Below, piece by piece: positions 9,948 to 21,100 of a DNA stretch of 64,000 nucleotides (position 1 is the stretch's first letter; each line of letters begins with the position of its first letter). Position numbers and translations under genes: made by a program. Source of the stretch: a virus. The notes under the pieces are model-generated. The model made no database searches and was not told where the DNA came from. It saw only the letters and a list, made by a program, of their open reading frames with translations. The DNA lies in IMG/VR virus record IMGVR_UViG_3300036761_001135, positions 96,001-160,000 of that record; one strand, 5' to 3'.

Positions 9948-10928
9948 ATGAGTGGACTCAGTCGGATCAGGGCGTATGCGAACAAGCGCATGATAGTGTA
10001 TGGGACACTAACTACAACTTATTATGACAATATGTTTTGGATGATCAAGGAGGCCATGCAGTACGGCACGAACGGGGTCAAAGTGGGGGGCATAGCGGCG
10101 TGGACGGTTGTGGGTAGTAGCAATAGCGTGAATTTCAATATGGCTGGCACGGATTTGTTAGTCGCACCGGCAAACATCGTGCAGGCTACTGGAAATCACT
10201 CGTGGATCGTGTTGCAGCAGCCGTTGCAGGGGGCCGCACCGGGCTATCTTCAGGTCTGCTTTGATTGGAATAGTGCGTCAGGCGGGTCTATGTCGATGGC
10301 CTTTTCTGTATCCGCAGGATTTACAGTTGGAGCGATTAATGCTCGACCGACCGCGACAGATGAGGTCGTTATGTTCACGGCTGGGGCGGTTTTTGGAGGC
10401 ACGACGAGTACGGGTAGTTGCGGTGTGAACTGCCTAAAGAGTACGGATGGAAAGTCTACGCGCATTGTTGTCACGCGGGACGGGGCATTAGAGACGCGGG
10501 GGTTTTGGATGTTCGATGAGCTGATCGATATCGAGAGTTACTGGATCTCGAAGAGTATCGTTTGTGCTACGAGCTTGACTCACGCAATGTTGAGTGGTGG
10601 GGCGAACATTTTCAACTATCAGGGTGGAAGCCATTCAGGTCGACTGACATGGGCGGGGATGACAAGTTACGTGTTGTCGGAGCAGTTTGCGGTTCCGACG
10701 ATGCATCGCCCTAGTTATGGTGGAGAGTGGCCGGTGTTCAAGGTAGGCTTCTGTAACACGGTGGGCACCAACAAAGGGTGGCTAGGGTCGGTAGCGGATA
10801 TGTGGGCGGCTCCATACACGATGCCAACAGGCCAGTATTTGGGGTCGTCTCTCGGGGGAGAATTTCAGTACGTCAACATTGGAGGCTTGGTGTTCCCCTG
10901 GACCGGGGAGCCCCTGGCGTTGCCATAA
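9948..10928 (+). CDS. Virion-associated protein (paralog of 8901-9938)
   Basis: Same motifs as the preceding gene; SD AGGAGG. Confidence 0.55.
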   Translation: MSGLSRIRAYANKRMIVYGTLTTTYYDNMFWMIKEAMQYGTNGVKVGGIAAWTVVGSSNSVNFNMAGTDLLVAPANIVQATGNHSWIVLQQPLQGAAPGYLQVCFDWNSASGGSMSMAFSVSAGFTVGAINARPTATDEVVMFTAGAVFGGTTSTGSCGVNCLKSTDGKSTRIVVTRDGALETRGFWMFDELIDIESYWISKSIVCATSLTHAMLSGGANIFNYQGGSHSGRLTWAGMTSYVLSEQFAVPTMHRPSYGGEWPVFKVGFCNTVGTNKGWLGSVADMWAAPYTMPTGQYLGSSLGGEFQYVNIGGLVFPWTGEPLALP

Positions 10929-11101
10929 TGGCGAACCTGACTGGGACATTGGGTTCTGGCGAGATCGATATGCCGAGTAGCGAACTCGATGGCATAGATG
11001 GCGACGGGGAGATCGATCTCGTCAGTTGGGGTGGCAGTCCGCCTGAGTCTCCGTGTGAGCCCGTGCGGTCTATTCCGCGTCTCGTCCGCACGGATCCGTA
11101 G
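10928..11101 (+). CDS. Small acidic hypothetical protein
   Basis: TAATG stop/start overlap; GEID occurs twice. Confidence 0.45.
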   Translation: MANLTGTLGSGEIDMPSSELDGIDGDGEIDLVSWGGSPPESPCEPVRSIPRLVRTDP

Positions 11102-11187
11102 GCGCGTGGGAAGTGGAGGTCGTGATATCGTCCAGATGGTGCAACCGGCGTCTCGATCCGGTATTCTATCCGGGTTAGGAGAACAGC

Positions 11188-12744
11188 ATGGCGCAGGCGA
11201 GTAATACAGGACATTTTCAGTGGCCGATTCCGAATTGGAACGCCGACTGGCAGAAGTGGCAGCAGATGTTCGGGACGTTTGCCCACGGGGTGGACGCCTG
11301 CGTCTTTGGCATCCTAGAGCACATCACAGTGCTCGCCAAGACGCTCCCGAGCGCGGTGATCATCGACCCGGGGACGCATGTGTTTTCGCAGAACGCGGCG
11401 GCGGTCTTCGTCTCGCGGACGCTTCAGACACAGATCTACGTGGGGCCGACCCCGTTGACGTTGATTCCGGGGGCGCTGGTGTGCGCGTCTCTTCAGCCGG
11501 GAGCGGTTGGTCCACAGGTTGTGGATTGGGAGTTGCGGGATGGAAGCACTCCGGTCGATCCGGCATTGGTCGTGTTTGGAGTGGTGGCGGACGACTATGC
11601 GATCCGCTGGTACAACGGGGCGCGGTTGCCGCTGGGCACGGCTATGGTGTTGTTCGAATTTCCAGGCGGGAGTGGGCCGGGCGGTGGATTAGATCCAGCG
11701 CCGTTCCTGACGCTTTCGGCGAACACGGTGCTGACCGAATCTCAAAACGGGCAGTATTTCGAGACGAATAATGTTGGGGGCACGGTAACAGTGACGCTGC
11801 CGACCGACCCGACGGACGGCATGCAGTACACGGTGGTTGCTGGGAAGGGCACTACGACCGTCGTGGAGGCAGGTGGGACGAACGGCATACTCTGGCCGCA
11901 GTCCACGGTGAGCGTGCCCCTGGTGCCTGATTTGCGGGCGGCTCCGACGACGTTGGCACCTGTTCGATTGACGATCACGGCGAAGGATCTCACGGCGTTT
12001 GGGATCTCGGAGATCGCGTGGATAGCGACGTCGGCGACGGGGTTGTGGACAGACGCGGTGAGTGGCAAGGCGTTTGACTTCAATTTCCCGGTGACGGTGA
12101 GTAGCGGGTTGCTCATCGACGATCCTTTGGTTGGGACCAAGTCGGTGGCGGGTGCGCCTGCGTTGGTAAGTGACGCAGCGGCGGTGACACCGTTCCGGCT
12201 GAAGTGCGAGTCGGACACCCATTTGCGCAGCGTGGACATGACGGTGACGCGAACCCAGGTTCGTGCCTTACTGGAGAGCTACCACGGGTCGGCCTCGGTG
12301 GTCCCGGTTGCGTTTACGGTGAACACCACGGTGTTTGCAGCGGTGGCAGACGACGGGTGGGTGGCCACGTTCAAGGTCGGAGCGAACACGTCGGGTGCAG
12401 CGGTTCCAATCGTTGTGCAGAACGAGGGCGTGGTGACCGAGATTTCCATTGGAGACGCGCCATTTGTCCACAGCATTACCTGCTCGCAGCTTGGGGCGAG
12501 TATCATCCTGCGGCACACGGGAAATCCGCTGGGGTCGCGTGGCCGGTTCCAAGTCATAGCGGGGTCTGGCACATGGACGGACAATCTTGGTGGCGTGCAT
12601 GTTTTCGATAGTTTGGGCGCGCTGGACGGGGCTGCGAATCCCAATGGGATCGTGACCGGGGTTCTTGGGCAGTCGTACTATCAGACAGGGGTGGGCGTAT
12701 TTTGGATCAATATAGACGGCAGCACGGAATGGATCGTACAGTAG
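11188..12744 (+). CDS. Putative tail fibre/appendage protein (paralog of 7145-8899)
   Basis: Shares WNADWQKWQQ, GGGLDPAPF, QNGQYF, DDGW and TWTD..GGVH with 7145. Confidence 0.6.
   Translation: MAQASNTGHFQWPIPNWNADWQKWQQMFGTFAHGVDACVFGILEHITVLAKTLPSAVIIDPGTHVFSQNAAAVFVSRTLQTQIYVGPTPLTLIPGALVCASLQPGAVGPQVVDWELRDGSTPVDPALVVFGVVADDYAIRWYNGARLPLGTAMVLFEFPGGSGPGGGLDPAPFLTLSANTVLTESQNGQYFETNNVGGTVTVTLPTDPTDGMQYTVVAGKGTTTVVEAGGTNGILWPQSTVSVPLVPDLRAAPTTLAPVRLTITAKDLTAFGISEIAWIATSATGLWTDAVSGKAFDFNFPVTVSSGLLIDDPLVGTKSVAGAPALVSDAAAVTPFRLKCESDTHLRSVDMTVTRTQVRALLESYHGSASVVPVAFTVNTTVFAAVADDGWVATFKVGANTSGAAVPIVVQNEGVVTEISIGDAPFVHSITCSQLGASIILRHTGNPLGSRGRFQVIAGSGTWTDNLGGVHVFDSLGALDGAANPNGIVTGVLGQSYYQTGVGVFWINIDGSTEWIVQ
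12249..12264. repeat. 16-bp palindrome, copy 2 (GCGAACCCAGGTTCGT), inside a CDS
   Basis: Read directly. Confidence 0.8.
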
Positions 12745-12797
12745 CGTAAAGTTACACGGTTCTCGGCAATATCGCCGGGTCACAAAGGAGTTCACCA

Positions 12798-13949
12798 ATG
12801 GCAGGGTTCACCAGTCCGTATCGCTACCACAACTTCATCGGCAATCACGCAAACAAAGCAGCGGCCAAGACGTTCTTCGAGACCACCCTGGGCTGGGGCA
12901 CGATGGGCGCGAGCGTCGGCCTTGGCGTCTCCTACTGGGACGACACAGCCGTGTTGATCAAGGTCTGGAACGGCTCGGATTTTGTAGCCCTAACTGCCGC
13001 GACTCCGGCACTGAGCGCAGTGCTCGCGGTTGGCGCGGACGCGAACTCTGTCGTCATCACGAACCTCGGAGCGCCGAACAATGCAGGCGATGCGGCGACC
13101 AAGGGATACGTGGACAGCGTGGCCACGGGCCTCATGTGGAAGCCCCCGGTCCTCGTGATCAACATGGTGAGCAACGCTGACCAAAGCGGAGCCGACCCGA
13201 CCGGCATGGTCAAGGGCGACTGCTACGTCGTGAACAACTGGCTCACCACGGATTGGGACGATGGCGACATCGTGGAGTACAGCGGCACGGCGTGGGTACG
13301 TATCCAAGCCGCGACGACTGGCGAGCCTGCCGATGGCACACGCGTTATCGTGAAGGCGACTGGCGCGGCGGGATCGTTCGTGGGCCAGGCCAACAAGGTC
13401 TCCACCTACAACGCCACGACAGACGCCTGGGCACATGCGGCTCCGGCAGACGGTTGGGCGGCGCTGGTCATCGGTAACGGCGGCATCTGGAGCGACACCG
13501 GCTGGACCTACACCGGATCGGCGTGGGTACAGTTCACTGGCGCTGGCCAGATCAACGCTGGTTCCGGTCTCACCAAGGACGGAAACACTCTGAACGTCGG
13601 TAAGGGCGACGGCATCGCGGTCGGTAACGACACCGTGGGCATCGACCTGACCTCCAGCAACCCCGGCTTAGAGCTGACTGGCACCAGCCCGAACAAGACC
13701 CTGCAAGTCATGGCGGACGGAGCCCACGGTATCGTGCGCGGCGCGTCCGGCGTCGAGATCGAGCTGGCGGCCACGGCGGCCAAGGGCGGTCTGGTCGTCG
13801 ACTCCGATGGCGTGCGCTCGATGCAGTTCAACGCTGGCAACCCCAACAGCGTCGTGACCGGCGTGCTGGGCGAGTTCTGCCTGGATACCACGAGCAAGGT
13901 GCTCTACGTCTGCACGACGGCGGGCAGCGCCAACTGGAACGTGGTCTGA
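12798..13949 (+). CDS. Virion fibre/structural protein
   Basis: DAATKGYVD knee motif, WVQFTGAGQINAGSGLTKDGNTL and a DUF2793-like P.DGW segment. SD AAGGAG. Confidence 0.7.
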   Translation: MAGFTSPYRYHNFIGNHANKAAAKTFFETTLGWGTMGASVGLGVSYWDDTAVLIKVWNGSDFVALTAATPALSAVLAVGADANSVVITNLGAPNNAGDAATKGYVDSVATGLMWKPPVLVINMVSNADQSGADPTGMVKGDCYVVNNWLTTDWDDGDIVEYSGTAWVRIQAATTGEPADGTRVIVKATGAAGSFVGQANKVSTYNATTDAWAHAAPADGWAALVIGNGGIWSDTGWTYTGSAWVQFTGAGQINAGSGLTKDGNTLNVGKGDGIAVGNDTVGIDLTSSNPGLELTGTSPNKTLQVMADGAHGIVRGASGVEIELAATAAKGGLVVDSDGVRSMQFNAGNPNSVVTGVLGEFCLDTTSKVLYVCTTAGSANWNVV

Positions 13950-13965
13950 CGATCTCGGGATCTGT

Positions 13966-14026
13966 GGGGTCGGGTAGACGGTCTCTTGTGCTTTTCTCCT
14001 CTGGCTACCCGGCCCCGCCTTTTTTT
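13966..14026 (+). terminator. Putative intrinsic terminator
   Basis: GGGGTCGGGTAG pairs with CTACCCGGCCCC, followed by T7; the loop is large. Confidence 0.5.
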
Positions 14027-14029
14027 GAG

Positions 14030-14250
14030 TTGCGCGATGAGGTGCCTGCTTGACATCCTCCGCCCGTTAAAGAAGGCGGATTCCTGAAGGAAGAATGCTA
14101 GGCATTGTTTACAACAGGTTGGTTCACAGTTCGACGACCGCTGCGTGTCTTGGCGAGTGCCTTGCTACGTCTTCTGCGGTCTCCCTGTGCGTTTATTCTG
14201 TCAGTCTGTCCGACCGCCAGTATATTCAGCGCGGCGTTGTGGTCCCGGTC
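14030..14250 (-). ncRNA. Predicted omegaRNA/reRNA of the TnpB element; guide approximately GCAGGCACCUCAUCGCGCAA
   Basis: In IS200/IS605 elements the scaffold overlaps the tnpB 3' end and right end, and the guide is the flank beyond TCAA. The 5' boundary is a guess. Confidence 0.55.
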
Positions 14251-15380
14251 GTGGACGACGCCGCATATCGGGCACGCCCATTCACGAATCGACAACGGCA
14301 GCGCACTAACAACGTGGCCACAATCGTGACACCGTTTGCTGGATGGGAAGAAGCGGTCAATCTTGACCATCTCCTTGCCGTACCAGGCGCACTTGTACTC
14401 AAGCAGGCCCACGAATTTGCTCATCGAGGCATCGCTGAGCGCCTGGGCCAGGCAGTGGTTGCGGACCATGCCACGCACGTTCAGGTCTTCGACGCAAATC
14501 ACGTCGAAGCGGCGCACAAGGTTGGTAGTGACCTTCTGCATGTGGTCGATGCGGGTATCCGCAATGCGGGAGTGGATGCGGGCAACTTTGAGACGTTGAC
14601 GCTCGCGGCGGTGACTGCCTTTCTGTTTGCGGGCCAGGGATTTTTGCGCCTTGGCCAGTTTGCGGAGCTTTTGTTTGAGCAGGCGAGGGTTAACGATGTG
14701 CTCGCCGTTCGAGAGCGTGGCGAGTCGGTTGATGCCCATGTCTATCCCGATGACATCGCCAGTTTTGGGCAGCGGTTGGATGGTCTCGTCGAGCACCAGG
14801 GTCACGAAGTACCGGCCATCCATGTGCTTGGCTATCGTCACAGTGGTGGGGGTACTGGTGAATGGGCGCGACCAGCGAACATCCAAGCGGCCAAGCTTAG
14901 CGATGGTCAGGTGGAGATGGGTAGCGTTCCAGTCAAAGGCACTAGCGGTGTATTCCGCAGATTGATGACCACGTTTTTTCTTAAAGGACGGGTACGACGT
15001 GCGCTTCTCGAAGAAGTTCACGAAAGCGGTTTGCAGGTGTCGCAATGTTTGCTGCGTGGGCACGGACGAGATTTCGTAGAGCCACGCGGTCTCGGGTTGC
15101 TTCTTGAGTTTGGTCAGTGCATTCGACGATGCCTCATATGTCATCCGAGAACCGTTGTGGTAGGCGTCGGTGCGGGCGCGAAGAGCCCAGTTATAGACGA
15201 AGCGACAAGCGCCAAAGGTGCGTGCGAGGATGCGTTGTTGGTCCTCCGTTGGGTACACGCGAAATTGATAACGCATCTTCACAGAAAACGGCATAATCCT
15301 GTAAATGCAGTCTGTCAACGAGGAAAGGAATGGCGCTTTTGCTGTCGTCTGAACGTGACGGTCTGAGCGCCTAAAATAAG
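14050..15380 (-). mobile_element. IS200/IS605-family element, TnpB only (IS1341-like, non-autonomous)
   Basis: On the minus strand the right end reads GGAATCCGCC-loop-GGCGGAGGATG-TCAA, ending at 14050. The left-end hairpin GGCGCT..AGCGCC is at 15332-15371. No tnpA. Left boundary uncertain (15375-15380). Confidence 0.85.
14098..15318 (-). CDS. tnpB: RNA-guided endonuclease TnpB
   Basis: YQFRVYPT..FGACRFVYN HTH, RuvC motifs GIDMG, VEDL and DRDHNAALNI, and zinc finger CHDC..CPIC. Catalytic D-E-D intact. The true start may be ATG 15294 or 15276. Confidence 0.95.
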   Translation of the reverse strand: MTDCIYRIMPFSVKMRYQFRVYPTEDQQRILARTFGACRFVYNWALRARTDAYHNGSRMTYEASSNALTKLKKQPETAWLYEISSVPTQQTLRHLQTAFVNFFEKRTSYPSFKKKRGHQSAEYTASAFDWNATHLHLTIAKLGRLDVRWSRPFTSTPTTVTIAKHMDGRYFVTLVLDETIQPLPKTGDVIGIDMGINRLATLSNGEHIVNPRLLKQKLRKLAKAQKSLARKQKGSHRRERQRLKVARIHSRIADTRIDHMQKVTTNLVRRFDVICVEDLNVRGMVRNHCLAQALSDASMSKFVGLLEYKCAWYGKEMVKIDRFFPSSKRCHDCGHVVSALPLSIREWACPICGVVHDRDHNAALNILAVGQTDRINAQGDRRRRSKALAKTRSGRRTVNQPVVNNA

Positions 15381-18152
15381 ATGAGTTTGACGATGCCTTA
15401 CGGGCAGAACCACTACATGGGCGAGTGCGCCACCGAGTCGGCGGCGCTGGTGTGGATTCGTGACAATAAGTGGGACAGCGCGGGGAACGGCACTGGCAAT
15501 CCGAAGGCTGGCATGGCGTTCTTCGATACGGGGGCGACCAAGCTCAAGGTGCATGACGGCAGCGCGTGGGTTGGACTAGGTAGCGCGAGTGCGGCAGGAT
15601 CGACGGGCTACGTCCAGTTCAATACTGGCGGGGTATTTGATGCCGAGGCCGCTCTCTTTTGGGATAAGTCGAATGACCGACTGGGCGTAGGGTGTTCGAA
15701 TCCATCATATGGGATTGAGGCTTCCAAGGATGGAGCACAGTCCGTCTGTATTTCAAGTTTTGGCACTGGCGTTTCGCCAAGCGTCATCATGCAACGCGGT
15801 CGCGGGTCGCGGGCGAGTTATTCAGCCATCAGCAGTGGAGACCTATTGGGGTCGGTTCGATTTGCAGGTTTTTACGACACTTCATCGGTCAGTTATGCCT
15901 CTGGGCAGATCCAGGTGGTGGCGACGGAGAATTGGAGCGGTAGTGCGTTTGGTGCGGAGATGCAGTTCCATACAGCTCCAAACGGTTCTGCTGGCATTAC
16001 GCAGCGCATGGTGATCACACAGGACGGCAGGTTTGGCTTTGGAGTAGCAGCGCCAGCGACGTTTATGCACTTACAGGCCGAGGCGAGCACGACGATCACG
16101 GCAGCGACCTATAGCAGCAGTGCGAGTGCGGCGCTGAACTTATTTCGAGCGCGGAACACGGTGGCTGTTCCACAGAATGTTCAGTTGGGCGACTATCTGG
16201 GGACTATCGCTTTTCGCGGGTACGTTGGAGGTGGGGCTACAGCGGGTCAGATTCAAGCAGTAGCGACGGAGAACTGGTCGGCCAGCTCGGGGACTGCGTT
16301 GACGTTTTGGACCTACCCGAACACCACGGGAGCGCTGACCGAGCGCGTGCGGATCGATCAGTCTGGGTACGTTGGCGTTGGAACGACGGCACCGACTTGG
16401 CAGGTCCATGCGTCTAGGGCAGGGGATGCGACGATAGGATCGACAGCGTATGGCACGGGCTATCGAGGCTATCTCCTCATGGCACATGCCAATGGGACGG
16501 AGGGAACGCCGACTACGCTTGGAAGTTATGACTATATCGGCCAGATCAGCTTTCTAGGGCACACGGGGACAGCGTTTCGTGGGGGAACGGCGATTCGTTC
16601 TATGACGTCGGAGGCGTGGACTGAGTCAAACCGTGGTTGCCAGATTGAGATTTTTACAACGGCGAGTACAACGAGCACGGTTCGTCAGATTGCGACGTTT
16701 GGGCAAGACGGATCTCTGACCATGGGAGTGGTTGGTACGTTGGGTGGCAAGATCGTGATGTCCGGTTTGACATCGGGAACATGTACGATTCAGGTGGCGG
16801 CGGCGGCGGGCACGGTCACGTTTCAGTTGCCGTCGACCAATGGCACGAACGGGTATTTTCTCAGGACGGACGGGGCAGGCGTGACGAGTTGGGCTGTCGC
16901 AACAGCGATTCCAGCGGGCAGCACAACACAAGTCCAATACAATAATGCTGGAGCATTTGGCGCAGATAGTGGTTTCACTTTTGATAGCACGAATAAAATA
17001 ATCGATCTTGCTGGAAGTGCGGTGAATTCAGGGTTACGTGTCACGGTGGCAGGCACTTCAGCTTTCCCATTTTTAACGTTCAGACGCTACAGGAATACCA
17101 TTGCATCGCCACAGGCGGTTCAAAGTGGAGATGTGATTGGACAGATTGCTTTTGTTGGCTATGGAACCACAGGAAATTATACGGGTTCAAATTTTGTTGG
17201 GTATGCAGATGCTACATGGACGGATTCGTCATCTCCGGCTTACATACTTTTCAGGACTACTCCTGCTGCATCTACGATTCCTGTCGAGCGACTGCGCATC
17301 ACGAGTACAGGACAGATCGCGACGGGAGCAGAGTCCGCACCAGATGTCGATCCAGGTGGACTCTGCATCCACCATGGAGCCAACGATGGGTATCCGTTGA
17401 CGTTCAAGAACAGCGACGTCAACCATCCGTTCACGGCGATCTGCGAAGCGGACACGTATCTCCGTACCAACAAGACGGACTCCGCCGCAGGCGGCGCGAA
17501 TTTCATCGGATTTGGCACAGGATCGGTCGGCATTGGCCTCTTGCTGGGAGGGGCCAACTCGAACCCCGTGAGTGGCACGTCCGATGGATGCGTGGCCATC
17601 GTGGCATACAAGAGCAACGGGACGACGGGGTTTGCGGCGTTGGCCGCGACAGAGAATTTGGCGGCCTTCCGCAGCTATCAGACGACGCAGGTGATCATCA
17701 AGGGGTCGGGCGACATTCACACCGTGGCCGGGTTGAAGATCGGGGCCTATGGCCAGACGGCGGCGGCGGGGGCCATCGAATGGAACGGCACCAACTTCCG
17801 AGGGTACACGGGGAGCGTGTGGAAGAACTTGGACGCGAGTGGCGGGACCACGGTGGACGCGGGCACGGCCCAGGGCCAGGTCTTGTTCTGGAACAACGCG
17901 GGCAGCGCGTGGACCTACGCGGAGACTTCGGAGTGGATCTGGGATGACACCAACAAGCGGGTGGGCATCAATGAGGCAGCGCCCAGCTCGCGCCTGGACG
18001 TGGGCGGGGACGTGGAGATCGCCAGCAACGGCTGGCACTACTACGGCGACCCGAGCACGGACGGGTCATGGCGCACGGGGCGGGTGAGTGCGGATCTGGT
18101 GGTGCAGAAGCGGGAGAGCGGCACCTGGAATACGAAGCACACGTTCTCGTGA
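15381..18152 (+). CDS. Long tail fibre protein
   Basis: Four repeats of R.RG/N....SGD.LG.I.F.GY..ATENWS..ER.RI...G.VG.G plus VQFN..G.F modules. Confidence 0.8.
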   Translation: MSLTMPYGQNHYMGECATESAALVWIRDNKWDSAGNGTGNPKAGMAFFDTGATKLKVHDGSAWVGLGSASAAGSTGYVQFNTGGVFDAEAALFWDKSNDRLGVGCSNPSYGIEASKDGAQSVCISSFGTGVSPSVIMQRGRGSRASYSAISSGDLLGSVRFAGFYDTSSVSYASGQIQVVATENWSGSAFGAEMQFHTAPNGSAGITQRMVITQDGRFGFGVAAPATFMHLQAEASTTITAATYSSSASAALNLFRARNTVAVPQNVQLGDYLGTIAFRGYVGGGATAGQIQAVATENWSASSGTALTFWTYPNTTGALTERVRIDQSGYVGVGTTAPTWQVHASRAGDATIGSTAYGTGYRGYLLMAHANGTEGTPTTLGSYDYIGQISFLGHTGTAFRGGTAIRSMTSEAWTESNRGCQIEIFTTASTTSTVRQIATFGQDGSLTMGVVGTLGGKIVMSGLTSGTCTIQVAAAAGTVTFQLPSTNGTNGYFLRTDGAGVTSWAVATAIPAGSTTQVQYNNAGAFGADSGFTFDSTNKIIDLAGSAVNSGLRVTVAGTSAFPFLTFRRYRNTIASPQAVQSGDVIGQIAFVGYGTTGNYTGSNFVGYADATWTDSSSPAYILFRTTPAASTIPVERLRITSTGQIATGAESAPDVDPGGLCIHHGANDGYPLTFKNSDVNHPFTAICEADTYLRTNKTDSAAGGANFIGFGTGSVGIGLLLGGANSNPVSGTSDGCVAIVAYKSNGTTGFAALAATENLAAFRSYQTTQVIIKGSGDIHTVAGLKIGAYGQTAAAGAIEWNGTNFRGYTGSVWKNLDASGGTTVDAGTAQGQVLFWNNAGSAWTYAETSEWIWDDTNKRVGINEAAPSSRLDVGGDVEIASNGWHYYGDPSTDGSWRTGRVSADLVVQKRESGTWNTKHTFS

Positions 18153-18156
18153 GGAC

Positions 18157-18172
18157 GCGAACCCAGGTTCGC
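18157..18172. repeat. 16-bp palindrome, copy 3 (GCGAACCCAGGTTCGC)
   Basis: Intergenic between two fibre genes. Confidence 0.9.
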
Positions 18173-18188
18173 CTGGTGAGGAGTACCG

Positions 18189-21100
18189 ATGGGCATTCAG
18201 TACGATAGCGCGAACAATCAGGTGGTCTTCAGCGGGGATGCCTACGTCAAGCGGGAGGCGGCGGGCGCGATCCGGTTGGGCAACGCCAGCACGGGCCTGG
18301 TGGCATCCGACCACGCGCTGTTCGCGGCGATCAGCACGCCGACAACGCCCGGATCGGGGCTGGGCCGCCTGTTTGCGAATGGGGCCGGGGCGAGTGACAT
18401 CTACTGGCTGAACAGCGGTGGGGTGGCGGTCTCGCTCACGCAGTCGCAGACGTTCTCGACGCTACAAGGCGAGCCAACGGGCTTGCCGAATCGCACGGAC
18501 TCGACGCTGTCGTTCAACAACACCACGCGGGAGTTCACGATTGCTCCAGCGGTGACGAGTTTCGACGTCTATTCGAAGGGCACCAAGTACACCAAGAGTA
18601 GCGCCCAGACGGTGACGCTGACGGACGTGACAGGGCTGCACTATGTCTACTTCGACGCGAGCGGCGTGCTCCAGAAGGCGACCTCGACGTGGGATCTCGG
18701 CGCGGGGATCTCGCCCGTGGCGACGGTGTACTGGAACACCGATCTGGACCAGGGGCGTATCGGCGAGGAGCGGCACGGCCTGGTCATGGACTGGGCCACC
18801 CATGACTACATGCACGAGACGCTGGGGTCTCGCTATGTGAACGGGCTCGGCGGTAGTTTCACGAACACCACGTTCACGATCACGGACGGCGTGTATCGAG
18901 ACGAGGACATCCGTCATGTGCCCGGTCAGCAGACGCAGTGTCGGGTGTTTCGGCGCGATGGGAGTGGGAACTGGACCTGGGGTAGCAAGGGCACGCTGTA
19001 CTACGTGGTTCAGAACACGCACCTGACCTACGACAACGGCGGCACGCTGACCGAGACGAACAGCAACGACTACGTGGCGGTTTGGTTCTTCGTGACGAAC
19101 GATCCCGAGACGCCGATCTACGTGATCATGGGGCAGCGCAAGGACGGCAACATCGCCGATGCGCGCAACAACAACACCTACGACCAGTTGAGCCTGACCA
19201 ATCTCCCAGCCAAGGAGTTCAAGGTGCTGTATCGCGTCATACTGCGGGACGACGCGAGTCCCTACGAGGAGGCGCAGGATCTGCGCAGCCTGGCGGTGGT
19301 GTCCTCGGGGACGTATGTGGCGACAGACCACAACAGCCTCACGAATCGCACCGTGCTGGGGTCGCATCCGGCGAGCGCGATCACGGTGGATGTGGGAGCG
19401 TTCACGGGCTTCTTGACGGGGACCACCAGCGGGCAGACCGCGTTTGCGACGTTGGACACGCACACGCATGCGCCGCCCACGGGCGATACCAAGGTAATCT
19501 ACAACGACGGCGGGGCGTGGGCCGCAGCGAACGTCTACTACACCAAGGCCAATGGGTATCTCGGTGTGGGCCAGGCCACGCCGGGCGAGCGCCTGCACCT
19601 CAAGGACGGGTCGGATAACGGCGCGGTAGTGCTCGGGGCGCACCAGAACGCGACGGCCATCGCAGGCACCGTGGAGTGGACGGGGACGGCGCTGCGCTGG
19701 TACGACGGGTCGACTTGGAAGAGTGCGGGCATCGAGCTGACCGATCCGTTGCTGTACAAGGGGGCCATCGACTGCTCGACGAATCCCAACTATCCGGCAG
19801 CGGACGCGGGGTTCACCTACCGCATCAGCGTGGCGGGCAAGATCGGCGGGGCCAGCGGGCCGAACGTCGAGGCGGGCGACATGCTGGTCTGCCATGTGGA
19901 TGGGTCCGCAGCGGGCACCCACGCTGTTGTGGGGGCCAACTGGGACATCCTCCAGATCAATTTGGACGGGTCGGTGATCGGCCCGACGAGCGCGACGGAT
20001 TCGGCAGTAGCGCTGTTCGATTCGACGACGGGGAAGTTGATCAAGAACTCGTTGGTCACGATTGACGGGAGCGGGTCGGTCAACATTCCCAGCGGGCAGA
20101 GCTACAAGATCAATGGGACCGCGTTGACGGCGGCGAACGTGGGGGCGGAACCGACGTTGCCGTTGAGTACGCGAGGGGATCTGCTCTACCGCAACGCGAG
20201 CAACGTGACGGCGCGGTTAGCTGTGGGGACGAACGAGCAGGTGATCACGACGAACGGGACCGACGCCTCTTGGGGGGCGGTGCCAGGGCGGCACGATGCC
20301 GTGACGTTGGCGACGTCAGCAACGACGGGTGGGCTTGGCCTGTCTACGCAGGAGATCAGCTTCCAGGCGGCGTCAGGGTCCACGAACGGGTATCTGACGA
20401 GCACCAACTGGACCACGTTCAACAGTAAGGTGAGCGGGGCGGCGGGTAGCAACACTGAAATTCAGTACAACAGTAGCGGCGCGTTCGCGGCGAGTTCCAA
20501 TCTGGTGTGGGACAACGGGAATGTGCGGCTAGGCATCGGTGGGGCGCCGCAGGCGACGTTGGACGTGCAGGCGGCCTCGGCGTGGATTCGGGCCATGGGA
20601 TCGACGAACCCGTACATTTCAGCCCAGGACACGACCAACAGTTGCGTGGCGAAGATCCAGGCGTTGGATACAGCCGTTTCCGTGGGCGCACAGAGCGACC
20701 ATGAGGTGCGCTTCATCGTGAACAACGCGGCGAAGATGTACCTCACGACGACGGGCCGGTTAGGGATCAACGTCGCCGCGCCCTCGTACATCCTGCACAC
20801 GTCGGTCGATGGGCGTGGCGACGTCCAGTTCGACGCGCACAGCGCCTCGGACGATGGGACGTTCTTGTGGTTGCGGCGGAGCGGCGGCACGCAGGCGAGT
20901 CCGGCAGCGGTGCCATCGGGGCATCGGCTGGGGAACATCGCCTTCGCAGGGTACTATGATGCGTCCAATTCGAGCTGGGGTGCCGTGATCCAGTCCATGG
21001 CCTACGGGCTGTGGTCGGCTACGAATCGCGGAGCCTGCCTGCAATTCTACACGACGACGACGGGCACGACCGCGCTGACCGAGCGCATGCGGATCATCGA

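Noticed and set aside
14095-15366. 423-aa + strand ORF
   Set aside because: It is the antisense shadow of tnpB, which has all the family motifs on the minus strand.
14050-15380. IStron (group I intron-IS hybrid) that would splice out of the fibre mRNA
   Set aside because: The element is antisense to the fibre gene and only about 60-90 nt lie between the left end and tnpB, leaving no room for a ribozyme core.
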